From positions 96,001 through 160,000 of the forward strand of contig CAVWVI010000004.1 in the NCBI GenBank assembly GCA_963758495.1: a stretch of DNA of 64,000 nt, written 5' to 3'. The stretch comes from Oligoflexia bacterium (lineage in GTDB: Bacteria; Bdellovibrionota; UBA1018). Each line of letters starts with the position of its first letter. Positions within the stretch are counted from its first letter, which is position 1. The notes beneath the pieces were generated by a model that saw only the letters and a list, made by a program, of their open reading frames with translations, searched no databases and was not told the DNA's origin. Positions 29,154-38,326 of this stretch are shown here, one piece after another. The translations under genes were made by a program, and so were the position numbers.

Positions 29154-29978
29154 TTAAACTTTTTCTACCGCTCGATTCATGGTTTTAAAAGCGAGAAACA
29201 GTCCAAGATTTCTTGGCAATAACCTCGGGAAAAAACAGGCTAATTTATTCAAAATACCGGGTACAAAGACAGTTTTTCCTTTAAACATCGCCTGCAAGGA
29301 CAATCGGACGACTCTTTCAGCACTCATCATCGTTGCATGACCAGAGGAAGTGATCTTTTGACCGGAATGTTCAAAAAACTCAGTATAAGTACCTCCGGGG
29401 CACAAGCACATCACCTGGATCGAGGTATTCTTCAGTTCAAAAGCCAGAGTTTCAGAAAAATAACGTAAATAGCCTTTGGTCCCTGAATAAACCGAAAAAT
29501 TTCCAACAGGCTGAAAGGCTGCGATTGATGCAACTTGGGTAATGTAACTTTTCAGACCATGCGCCAGCATATGGCTCACAAAAAGATAGGTGATTTCCGT
29601 CGGAGCAACCGTATTTACGGTCAGAGTTGCCTGATGGTCCTCTAATGGAAAATCCATAAATAATCCATATTTACCGACTCCTGCATTATTAATTAAAAGG
29701 TTCACCTTTTGAGAATTCGCAGTGGCTTTTTCAAAAAGCTCCTTCGCTGCACCGATCACTGAAAGATCGATTTGAATACATTGAACCTGGATTCGATATT
29801 TTTCCTTGAGCTCCTTCGCAAGTTCCTCAAGGCGATCCAATCTCCGCGCTGCCAAAACTAGGTCAGAACCTAATGCAGCAAGTTGCCGAGCGTACTCCTT
29901 ACCGATTCCACTCGAGGCCCCTGTAATCACTGCTCGGCTTCCAACTAAGGTGCCACCTAAATTTCTCGATGCATCCAT
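29154..29978 (-). CDS. Short-chain dehydrogenase/reductase
   Basis: ITGASSGIG, LINNAG and YSGTK motifs. Confidence 0.93.
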   Translation of the reverse strand: MDASRNLGGTLVGSRAVITGASSGIGKEYARQLAALGSDLVLAARRLDRLEELAKELKEKYRIQVQCIQIDLSVIGAAKELFEKATANSQKVNLLINNAGVGKYGLFMDFPLEDHQATLTVNTVAPTEITYLFVSHMLAHGLKSYITQVASIAAFQPVGNFSVYSGTKGYLRYFSETLAFELKNTSIQVMCLCPGGTYTEFFEHSGQKITSSGHATMMSAERVVRLSLQAMFKGKTVFVPGILNKLACFFPRLLPRNLGLFLAFKTMNRAVEKV

Positions 29979-30109
29979 AATAAAACATCCTCTCAGCTAT
30001 CCTCTCAGTAACCTGAATAGAGGACTTACTTTAAATACATCCTTTACCACTTAAAAGAAATAAAGGAATGAATAGTGACAGATACTTTCTATTTTATTAG
30101 AATATAACA

Positions 30110-31735
30110 ATGTACTCTCAACTCGAAAAACCCTTATTCACGATTTTAGTAATCTCTTTTCTTTTATTTACGTTTCCAGCTTATTCCCAACCTAATGACC
30201 TGGCATTGACCAAAAGTATTCCGATTACGGAAGAAATCGAAAAAATTCAATCAGAGATCGCTGAAATAAGAGATAGGGATGAGCTTCATCGGGGTGAACT
30301 TCAAAGGATCCTCTTCCTTGAAAAATATGTCGCTCTATTAGACCATATGAACGAAAGCGATTCCAATCCGCACTCTCACGCATTAGTCTCTGACGAAACT
30401 CAATCAACGAAAAATATCACTGAATTGAGAGCATCCGATCGAAAAGCAATTTTGACAATACTCGAAGAATTAGACGAATTTAAAAATCTGAACATTCCGC
30501 CCAAGTCCATTCTAGACCTCATCAAGTATATCGAAAAGAATAAAAATCACTGGCGAGCGCATTCCAAGCCTAATCCTTTTATCTTTCGCGATCAGCAAGA
30601 CTTACCTCTGAAAGATTCGGACGGGAATCTCCTACAAGTAGGTTTTGATGTCGATAACAAATCAAACATTTATCTTAATTTTAAAAACAAAATGCTAGGT
30701 GAAGGAACCGCCAAAGTAGTAGAGAGAGTCGTCCACCTGAAGGACTGGTCGAGATTGAAACGTTCTAAATTCAAAAAGATCGATCCATTTCACATCACTC
30801 ACACCAGCTCTACGGATCCAGAAAAACAGCGCCATGAGATCGAATTCGAAAAAGAAATGGAATTTCTGACTACCATTTCCCATGTACCCCTCAGCGAGCG
30901 AATGGGACTGGTAGATATGATTGGATTCGGTAATAACAAAATCTTTCAAGTCATGTATGATAAGGAACTTTTTGACCTGATAATCGAAAATGAAGGAAAC
31001 TCAGAACGATTGAATTTGGATATGAGGTTGGATATTTTAAGGCAACTCAGCTTGGGTTTAAAACAACTGGCAAGTTTAGGAATCTGCCATAGTGATATCA
31101 AACCGGAGAACGTATTAGTGAACGAACCTCAAGTAGGAAGCGCCTATACAGCCGTACTTTCTGACTATGGAATGGCTTATTTTCCAGAAAAATTGATCCG
31201 CAATAGAGAAGTCCGTCCAGCGAAAGGTTCTCGTCACTATGCAGCTCCAGAGGTTTTTAAATTCCATACTCAAGAAGCACCTGGTTGGACCGGGGCCACT
31301 CCACAAGAAGCAGCAACGAACGCCTTAAAAGCAGATGTTTTCTCTCTTGGCGTCGTTGCTTACAATCTTCTCTACTCCATATACAATCCTCCCATTTATG
31401 CGCCATGGATGAACTGCGATGAAACAAGAGGTGACTATCTTCTGTGCCGAAAAACCTTTTTCAATGACTTCATCAATAAGTTGAAAGTCAAAAAGGACCC
31501 CATCAATCACCTTCTCTACTCTGCGATGAACCCGAACGCCACTGAAAGAATCTCGGCTGAAGGGTTTTATCATGAAATTCTAAAAATAATTGAGGCACGA
31601 AAAAAACCTCATCGCGCAGCCGCACAACCAGTCGAGCACGAAGACCCACTCGTTCATGCCTATCGTCAGCAAAACCGTAAGCAACCCTCTCCTAAACAAA
31701 AAGAGGAGCATGAGCCTTTGCATTTTAAATATTAA
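30110..31735 (+). CDS. Hanks-type Ser/Thr protein kinase with N-terminal signal-like segment
   Basis: LGEGTAKVV, HSDIKPENVL, DYG, YAAPE and DVFSLG motifs. Confidence 0.85.
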   Translation: MYSQLEKPLFTILVISFLLFTFPAYSQPNDLALTKSIPITEEIEKIQSEIAEIRDRDELHRGELQRILFLEKYVALLDHMNESDSNPHSHALVSDETQSTKNITELRASDRKAILTILEELDEFKNLNIPPKSILDLIKYIEKNKNHWRAHSKPNPFIFRDQQDLPLKDSDGNLLQVGFDVDNKSNIYLNFKNKMLGEGTAKVVERVVHLKDWSRLKRSKFKKIDPFHITHTSSTDPEKQRHEIEFEKEMEFLTTISHVPLSERMGLVDMIGFGNNKIFQVMYDKELFDLIIENEGNSERLNLDMRLDILRQLSLGLKQLASLGICHSDIKPENVLVNEPQVGSAYTAVLSDYGMAYFPEKLIRNREVRPAKGSRHYAAPEVFKFHTQEAPGWTGATPQEAATNALKADVFSLGVVAYNLLYSIYNPPIYAPWMNCDETRGDYLLCRKTFFNDFINKLKVKKDPINHLLYSAMNPNATERISAEGFYHEILKIIEARKKPHRAAAQPVEHEDPLVHAYRQQNRKQPSPKQKEEHEPLHFKY

Positions 31736-31766
31736 CCTCAATTCGACATAAGAATCGGAGGCAGTT

Positions 31767-32912
31767 TCAGTTCGAGTTTCGGTTCTTGTACTGTACAGTT
31801 ACTTTTGGGCAACTATTTTTTTCAACTTCCTTAAGTTCCGTTTCTAATTCCTCAATAGAAGGCAAAATCTCAGTTAACTGTTTAGGAAGTTTCCTTACCA
31901 ATTCATACTCAGATATTCGAATTGGGCTTGATAGATTTTTTAATGAATATTCAGCAATGACACGATTCCTTGTCTTGCAGAGTAAGAGCCCAATTGTAGG
32001 ATTATCTTGATTTGTCTTTAAAATGTCATCCACTGCAGAAAGATAAAAATTTAGCTTTCCAGCATGCTCCGGTTTAAATGGAATCGCCTTGAGTTCCACT
32101 ACGACGTAACAGCGCAATTTGAGGTGATAAAAAAGCAAATCTAGGAAGTAATCATCACCCTCTATTGTAAGCTTGTACTGACTTCCTAAGAAAGAAAACC
32201 CGGTTCCAAGTTCTAAAAGAAATTTACTGATATTTTGAATTAAAGCTGCTTCAATTTCTCTTTCCTTAGCCTTGGATGTGACAGTTAAAAAATCAAAATT
32301 ATATGGGTTTTTAAGCATTTGGATTGCAAGGTCAGATTGAGGAGCAGGCATTCTGTCCTTGAAATTTGAAACCTTTCCAGAATTCCTACCTTGCCTATGA
32401 TAGAGATCCTGCTCGATTTGCATGACCAATATATTTCTTGAAATTCCATTCGTTATGGTATTTTGCGCATACCATTCCCGTATTTTATCGTCTTTTACTT
32501 GTTGCATGAGAACGACAATATGTCCCCATGGCAATTGCGAAACAGCCTGTTTCGTAATTGACTTAGGATAGAGCGATGAAAATTGGGACATTAATTGCAA
32601 ATTTCTAACTGAAAACCCATGCGATCCAGGAAAAGCCGACTGTAAATCATGTGAAAGTTTCTCAAGAAGCTTGCTTCCCCATTTCGTAGTAGACTGCCTC
32701 TCTATAATCTCTTTTCCGAGATGTCAGTAAAAACCAATGAGTTCCTGATGCACAGCCCGAGAAGCTTTAAGTTGAGCCAACTGATACCGCTTCTTTATAT
32801 CAGCTAAAAAGGACTTATAATTTGAATTCACCTTGAGAGGGGTGATAGCACTCTCATTTTTGAGCAGGGTCGATTTTGCTTTCCCTGCTTTTGAAGTGGC
32901 TTTTCGCTTCAT
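31767..32912 (-). pseudogene. YhcG/DUF1016 PD-(D/E)XK nuclease family gene with an in-frame TGA
   Basis: ORFs 32724..32912 and 31767..32600 are in the same frame. Reading through gives ELIGFY*HLGKEII...WGSKLLEKLSHDL...GFSVRNL; the stop replaces the conserved Trp. C-terminal DLLFYHLKLRCYVVVELK. Confidence 0.85.
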
Positions 32913-32935
32913 CTATGTATCCTTATGTTTTTCAT

Positions 32936-34855
32936 TTATACCAACAAATTACACAATTCTTCCCAACGTGCGAGTTTTTCACCCAGCGTTTTTTCAAGAA
33001 GCCTTTGTTCCTCAAGTAAGCTGAGAGTAAGCGCCTTATCTTCGTAGGTGCTAGAATCCGCCAAAGTAGTGTGCAATTCGGCTTGGCGTTTTTCATGTTT
33101 AGAAATTTCAGTCTCAAGGCGATCTCGCTCTCGCTCCCAAGATCTCTTTTGATTATGGGAAGGCGCACCCGATCGAACCGAAGGAGCTGCCGCAACCTCC
33201 GCTTTCTTTTTGGAGGATTGCGGAGCCATCGCAGAAGCTGCTTCTTTTAGCTTCTTCTCTAAGTAGCTTTCATAGCCTCCTAAAACCTGAACGACACGAG
33301 ATCCTCTTCCAGGGTCTTCCTGAGGTTCAATTTCAAGAACAGAGTCCACCAAAGGGGAAACAAAGGAACGATCATGAGAAACGATACAAAGGGTTCCCTC
33401 GTAGTCTTGAAGACTCTCTAAAAGAACACCCCTCGATTCAACATCCAAGTGGTTGGTGGGTTCATCTAGAATCAAAAAATTAGAAGGAGACAGAAGAAGT
33501 TTGGCGAGCGCAACTCGAGCTTTTTCCCCCCCAGATAGAACGGCGCATTTTTTTTCAACTGCAGTTCCAGTAAAAAGAAAGGCTCCCGCAATCGCTCTCA
33601 CCTGGCTAATGGGCATATGAGGAGCTGTTGATTCCAACTCTTGAATGATTGTTTTATTTAAATCTAAGCTCTCCGCTTGAAGCTGGGCATAATACCCTAC
33701 TTTCACTTGGTGCCCGAGCTTAAGCATGCCCTCCGTCGGGGCTAGTTGACCACTCAGAAGCTTAAGTAGGGTGGTTTTTCCTGCCCCATTGACTCCCACA
33801 ATAGCCACACGAGAACCTCGACTGATGACCCAATCTAAATCTCTAAAAACCGTCTTTTGCCCAAATCGAACTGCCGCGTTCTGAAGAGTAACGACTTCCT
33901 TGCCACTATGAGGAGCAGGTGGAAACCGAAATCGAACTGAAGCTTGAGCATCAGAAAGTTCAATCCGCTCCATTTTTTCCAATTGCTTAACCCGACTTTG
34001 AGCTTGTCTTGCTTTGGTTGCTTTTGCGCCAAATCGAGCGATGAAACTTTCCAGCTCTGCAATCTTAGCCTGCTGACCTTCATATTGTGCTCTGAGTACA
34101 GTCAGTCTTTCTTCTTTTTGTTGAGCATAAGACTCGAGATTTCCGCGATAGATCCAAAGCTTATGTTGATCAATCTCCAATACTTCATGAACGATTCGAT
34201 TGAGAAATGCCGTGTCATGGCTAATCAGGAGCATGGCTCCCTTAAATTGCTGTAAAAACTCTTCCAGCCAAAGAAGCGACTCTAAATCCAAGTGATTCGT
34301 AGGCTCATCGAGGAGGAGAATGTCAGGATCCATTAAGAGCACTCTTGAAAGTGCCACTCGCATCAACCAGCCCCCACTAAACTCAGTCAGAGAGCGTTCG
34401 AAGTCTTTCGCCTTAAATCCCATTCCAGTGAGAATTTCTTTAGCACGAGCCTCTAGACGATATTCATCTAATTGTTCAAGTTCTTCTAAAATTCGTCCAT
34501 AACGCTCTAATGCAGCTTCGTCGGCTGGATCTTTTGTAAATGATTCTTCCAACTCCTGCCGAGCCTGAACCAATTCCTCAAGTCTCCCATCCATTCTCAT
34601 GACTTCGGCCAAGACGGTTCTCCCACCCAACTTTGGCACTTCTTGTGCGAGGTATCCGATTGCAAGATGGTTGGCTCGAGTGACTTTTCCGGAATCTGCT
34701 GATTCCAGGCCTAAAAGGATTTTAATTAAGGTACTCTTGCCCGCACCATTGGGTCCAATCAACGCAACTCGAGACCGATGACCGAGGTGCGCCTCTGCAT
34801 TCTCGAAAAGAACCTTCGACCCGTACTGCTTAGAAATTCCATGAAGATGAATCAC
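32936..34855 (-). CDS. ABC-F family ATP-binding protein
   Basis: Two ABC domains (GPNGAGKST/FSGGW/DEPTNHLD and GVNGAGKTT/LSGGEK), no TM segments, C-terminal coiled coil. Confidence 0.93.
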   Translation of the reverse strand: MIHLHGISKQYGSKVLFENAEAHLGHRSRVALIGPNGAGKSTLIKILLGLESADSGKVTRANHLAIGYLAQEVPKLGGRTVLAEVMRMDGRLEELVQARQELEESFTKDPADEAALERYGRILEELEQLDEYRLEARAKEILTGMGFKAKDFERSLTEFSGGWLMRVALSRVLLMDPDILLLDEPTNHLDLESLLWLEEFLQQFKGAMLLISHDTAFLNRIVHEVLEIDQHKLWIYRGNLESYAQQKEERLTVLRAQYEGQQAKIAELESFIARFGAKATKARQAQSRVKQLEKMERIELSDAQASVRFRFPPAPHSGKEVVTLQNAAVRFGQKTVFRDLDWVISRGSRVAIVGVNGAGKTTLLKLLSGQLAPTEGMLKLGHQVKVGYYAQLQAESLDLNKTIIQELESTAPHMPISQVRAIAGAFLFTGTAVEKKCAVLSGGEKARVALAKLLLSPSNFLILDEPTNHLDVESRGVLLESLQDYEGTLCIVSHDRSFVSPLVDSVLEIEPQEDPGRGSRVVQVLGGYESYLEKKLKEAASAMAPQSSKKKAEVAAAPSVRSGAPSHNQKRSWERERDRLETEISKHEKRQAELHTTLADSSTYEDKALTLSLLEEQRLLEKTLGEKLARWEELCNLLV

Positions 34856-34866
34856 AATCGTTCAGC

Positions 34867-35901
34867 TCATTGTAGGGCCGAAGCTTGCATTTCCACTGGA
34901 ACTTGCAAACCGGACTTCCGCGCATTGGACTTAGTTTGAGAAACTGCATCACCGCCACGTGTCACTCGACAAAAAAGCCCCATTTTTGGATCAGAAATAA
35001 ACTTGATCAAGAGTTTTGTCCAAGACATATGATAATAAAGGTGGTTGTAAAACTCCGGTGCTAATGCCCGAACTTTTGGCAAATGACGCCAGGATACTCT
35101 CATCAAATCATGATGCTCATTATGATAACCCACATTAAAAGAAAGTTGATTCAGAGGACCATAATAGGAATAGGTCTCTTGCTTTTGATAAACCACGTAA
35201 TGTTCTTGAATCCAGCGGGCCCCTACAGGATGAAGGCCAATTGAAAAAATACTCGCTAGAGCGAGATAAGCCAAAGCGCCCCCCCCTGCAAAATAAGTCA
35301 TTGAAACGAGAAATGCTACTTCCACCACAAGATTCAGAGCTACCCAACGATTGAAAAATTCAATGCCTTTTAAAAAGGGCACCCTGACCAATTGGGATGC
35401 AAAATAGAAAAAATACCAAACAGATTTTCTAAAAGTTGAATTTTTCACCCAGGAGACTTCAAAAGGACGAGGTAAATCTGCATCTCGGTCCATATCTCCC
35501 TGATAAATGTGGTGTTTAATATGATAAATTCTAAACGAGATCGCAGAGGGAAAAATAATCGGTAAATTTGCAAAGATTTGAAGAAGGGAATTTGCCTTTG
35601 TACCCTTAAATACTAAATTGTGAGTACATTCATGAATTAAGGCCCAGAGAGCGTGATTCGCGATTGCGCCCACAGTATAAGCGGCAATCAGAATCCCCCA
35701 CCATGGCAGATGGGCTACACTGATAGCCACGACCACTTGTAATAATACGATTCCTAAAACATAGCCTGCGGTTGAAGGCGTGTTTCCAAATAGCTTTTTT
35801 ACTTCAGGATGTGCTTTGAGGATTTTCTGAGTTCTCTCAAGATGAGGCTCTGGATAATCCACATGAATTGTCTTAAATTGCTCCACGATGACCTCTTTCA
35901 A
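34867..35901 (-). CDS. Sphingolipid delta-4 desaturase (DES1/DEGS-like) membrane desaturase
   Basis: N-terminal EPHLERTQKILKAHPEVKKLFG; His boxes HECTH, HIKHH and HNEHH; QETYSYYGPLN...NVGYH. Confidence 0.82.
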   Translation of the reverse strand: MKEVIVEQFKTIHVDYPEPHLERTQKILKAHPEVKKLFGNTPSTAGYVLGIVLLQVVVAISVAHLPWWGILIAAYTVGAIANHALWALIHECTHNLVFKGTKANSLLQIFANLPIIFPSAISFRIYHIKHHIYQGDMDRDADLPRPFEVSWVKNSTFRKSVWYFFYFASQLVRVPFLKGIEFFNRWVALNLVVEVAFLVSMTYFAGGGALAYLALASIFSIGLHPVGARWIQEHYVVYQKQETYSYYGPLNQLSFNVGYHNEHHDLMRVSWRHLPKVRALAPEFYNHLYYHMSWTKLLIKFISDPKMGLFCRVTRGGDAVSQTKSNARKSGLQVPVEMQASALQ

Positions 35902-36000
35902 TTCAACCCGAATGAATAATAGTGAATAATAATGCTGTTGAAGTGGATACTATGTTGATTTAGGTAGAAATTCAACTCCTGAGTCTTTAAGAAGATTATT

Positions 36001-36873
36001 ATGAAAAATGACTTTAATCGAACCCCCTACTTCAAAGGCTGGGCAAAACCAGGTCCACAAATCCCGGATCACAACCCCAATGATCTCAGCCTCAACCCTA
36101 CTGAAGAAGAGAGTTTAGATGCTCTTTGTGGGCATTTCAGAATTTTTCAACTCAAAAAAGGACATCGCTATTCTACGGATGACGTCCTCACCGCCTGGTA
36201 CGGCTCAACCTGGTGTCCCAGCGCGCAAACTGCGCTTGATTTAGGGAGCGGAATTGGATCTGTCGGAATGATTGCTGCCTGGAGGCTTCAGGGAGCCCGT
36301 TTTGTTACCATTGAAGCTCAAGATATCAGTGTCGCACTGGCTAAAAAATCAGCTCGGTTTAACGGAATCGAGAGTCGATACGAAATTCGTCACGGTGACT
36401 TTCGAGATTCAACATTACTTGATGAAAACGAAAAATTTGATCTCATTTTAGGAAGCCCCCCCTACTTTCCTTTGGACGCTGGGATTCATGGAGACCATCC
36501 TCAAAAAATCGCTTGTCGATTTGAAGCACGTGGAACCATTGCCGACTATTGCCAAGTCGCCTCTCAACATCTGAATTGGGGCGGTCTCTTTGCATGCGTA
36601 TTCCCCATTCTCCCTGATGATCAAGCCAAGAGAGTGGAAGAGGCTGCCCAACAAAGTCAGCTCACGATTATTCGTAAACGTCCCATTGTTTTTAAGGAAG
36701 GCTCCCCACCCCTGCTTTCAGTCTTCGCCATGGTTCGATCGGATCATTTACCGGAGCACTTTCGAGATAAAACTTGGTCTGAGCCCCCTTTGATTATCCG
36801 TACTCAAACCGGAGAAGCTCACCCCGAATATGCTGCACTCAAACTCGCAGTGGGCTTACCGCCTACTTATTAA
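36001..36873 (+). CDS. SAM-dependent methyltransferase (TrmN6/YfiC-like)
   Basis: GHRYSTDDVL, LDLGSGIGS and SPPYF motifs. Confidence 0.8.
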   Translation: MKNDFNRTPYFKGWAKPGPQIPDHNPNDLSLNPTEEESLDALCGHFRIFQLKKGHRYSTDDVLTAWYGSTWCPSAQTALDLGSGIGSVGMIAAWRLQGARFVTIEAQDISVALAKKSARFNGIESRYEIRHGDFRDSTLLDENEKFDLILGSPPYFPLDAGIHGDHPQKIACRFEARGTIADYCQVASQHLNWGGLFACVFPILPDDQAKRVEEAAQQSQLTIIRKRPIVFKEGSPPLLSVFAMVRSDHLPEHFRDKTWSEPPLIIRTQTGEAHPEYAALKLAVGLPPTY

Positions 36874-36986
36874 GTGATATTAAATTAATCCATCAACAAT
36901 ACAGGGATGAACTTCCGATTCTGACACCAGTCCGTTTTTTACTTGCTCCACAAGCGAATTTACTTTTCGTACCCATAGCTTTCTCC

Positions 36987-37481
36987 TCAGCCAAGAACTC
37001 TCTTCTGGCTTGGAACGTATTTGTTCATGACTTCACCCAAATGCGTTTTTGCATAGTACAGATTACATGCTCTGCAAGCAATCCGATAATTTGAGCGCTG
37101 GTTCGTACCACCTAGAGCCAGCGGAATTTTGTGATCCACCTGAAGATACCTTCTATTTGTACACCGACGCCCATCTAAAGTGACATGCTCACATTGTCCT
37201 CTGGCTCGTCTCATAACCCACCTACGATCCTCTACCGAAATGTATTTGCGAGGTGTAGGTTCGCTAAGAGGTAGAGTGATAGTTGAAGCTACCTCATCTG
37301 TAGCGGTGGACACATTCTCAAGTTCTGCTAAGGTGGTTCCCATCTGTTTCTTCTCTAAAGCTTCCACTTTTTCTCGTGCAAGACAGTCCAAAATATCAGC
37401 TTCATGCCGAGCAAGCTTAACAGAATAACTGAGCAATTCTCCATCTGACAGAACCGAAACATCTTCAACAAAAGTAATCAT
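36987..37481 (-). CDS. Short HNH endonuclease, internally deleted paralog of 21528..22562
   Basis: QCEH...RCTNRRYLQVDHKIPLALGGTNQRSNYRIACRACN; ends MNKYVPS versus MEKYVPS in the long copy. Confidence 0.75.
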   Translation of the reverse strand: MITFVEDVSVLSDGELLSYSVKLARHEADILDCLAREKVEALEKKQMGTTLAELENVSTATDEVASTITLPLSEPTPRKYISVEDRRWVMRRARGQCEHVTLDGRRCTNRRYLQVDHKIPLALGGTNQRSNYRIACRACNLYYAKTHLGEVMNKYVPSQKRVLG

Positions 37482-37641
37482 AGATAGAAGTACAATATAT
37501 AAAAAAATGATAATTTAAGAGGCATTTTGACAGAAATTATATTTTTAATATCCATCGCTGATCGTAATAAAATGCTAAAAACTGCGAATTGATTTTAAAA
37601 GAATTCAAAAATATATCCGTCCTTTCAATTTCTCTTCGAGG

Positions 37642-37697
37642 TCTTGTTTACGATACGGCGAAGCCGGTGCGGCCTGGATGGCCGCAAGTAAACAAGA
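37642..37697. repeat. Small branched palindromic element (REP-like)
   Basis: Outer stem tcttgtttac/gtaaacaaga encloses hairpins cggc-gaa-gccg and tgcggcc-tggat-ggccgca. Confidence 0.6.
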
Positions 37698-37884
37698 AAC
37701 AACCATGGAGCGGGCGTTAGCTCGTCAAAGGATCTTTCAATATAAATAATCAAAAATAAAACACTATTTGACCCATAGATTACAGTGAATCTTCCCATTG
37801 AGTTTAAGAGCTCATAACAGATCTGGATTACAAAACTCGGTTGGTTGTTTTCTTGATATTTAAAGTACTGTTGGTTAGCTAGAT

Positions 37885-38126
37885 ATTCATTTGACGTAAT
37901 AGATACTGAGTGTCTGGGTTTGATTTTTGAAATGAGGCTTTCCCATTTCCTTTTCAAATAATGTCTTAGGCTTTGCCATAGTATGTCCCTACCTTTGTTC
38001 GAGCTTGATAATCTTTTTTAAAGCGTATTGCCGTTTTTAAGGAGGAACTTTGCCGTCATGCGTTACATAGAATTCCACTTCAAAAGTCTTTCCACTGTAA
38101 ACGCGATAGCTGTCAGGTAAACTCAA
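37885..38126 (-). pseudogene. Remnant of a RelE/HigB(Gp49)-type toxin and HigA-type antitoxin pair
   Basis: Manual translation: MSLPDSYRVYSGKTFEVEFYVTHDGKVP joined out of frame to LKTAIRFKKDYQAR...*, overlapping MAKPKTLFEKEMGKPHFK, which then stops. Confidence 0.42.
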
Positions 38127-38326
38127 AGTTTCTCTCCATCTCTTTAAAATTCTGATCTGATCTGATCTGAATCGGGTCAGAAACTGATCTGATCAGAACT
38201 TCAATATTTTGACGCGAGCCTCTATGAATTAACGGAAACCTGTACTTCTTCGCGCGCTTCTCGCAGGAAAACAATTTTTAAAGTTTTTTATTTTTTCGCC
38301 GATGGTTAATTGGAGATTATATACAA

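Noticed and set aside
26386..32726. Two in-frame TGA codons suggesting TGA recoding (Trp or Sec)
   Set aside because: One replaces Trp and the other Arg, each by a single transition. Many intact genes here end in TGA and use TGG for Trp, so these are nonsense mutations or errors.
37625..37957. 110-aa ORF on the minus strand
   Set aside because: No motif or RBS; it crosses a palindromic element and TA remnants, so it is probably spurious.
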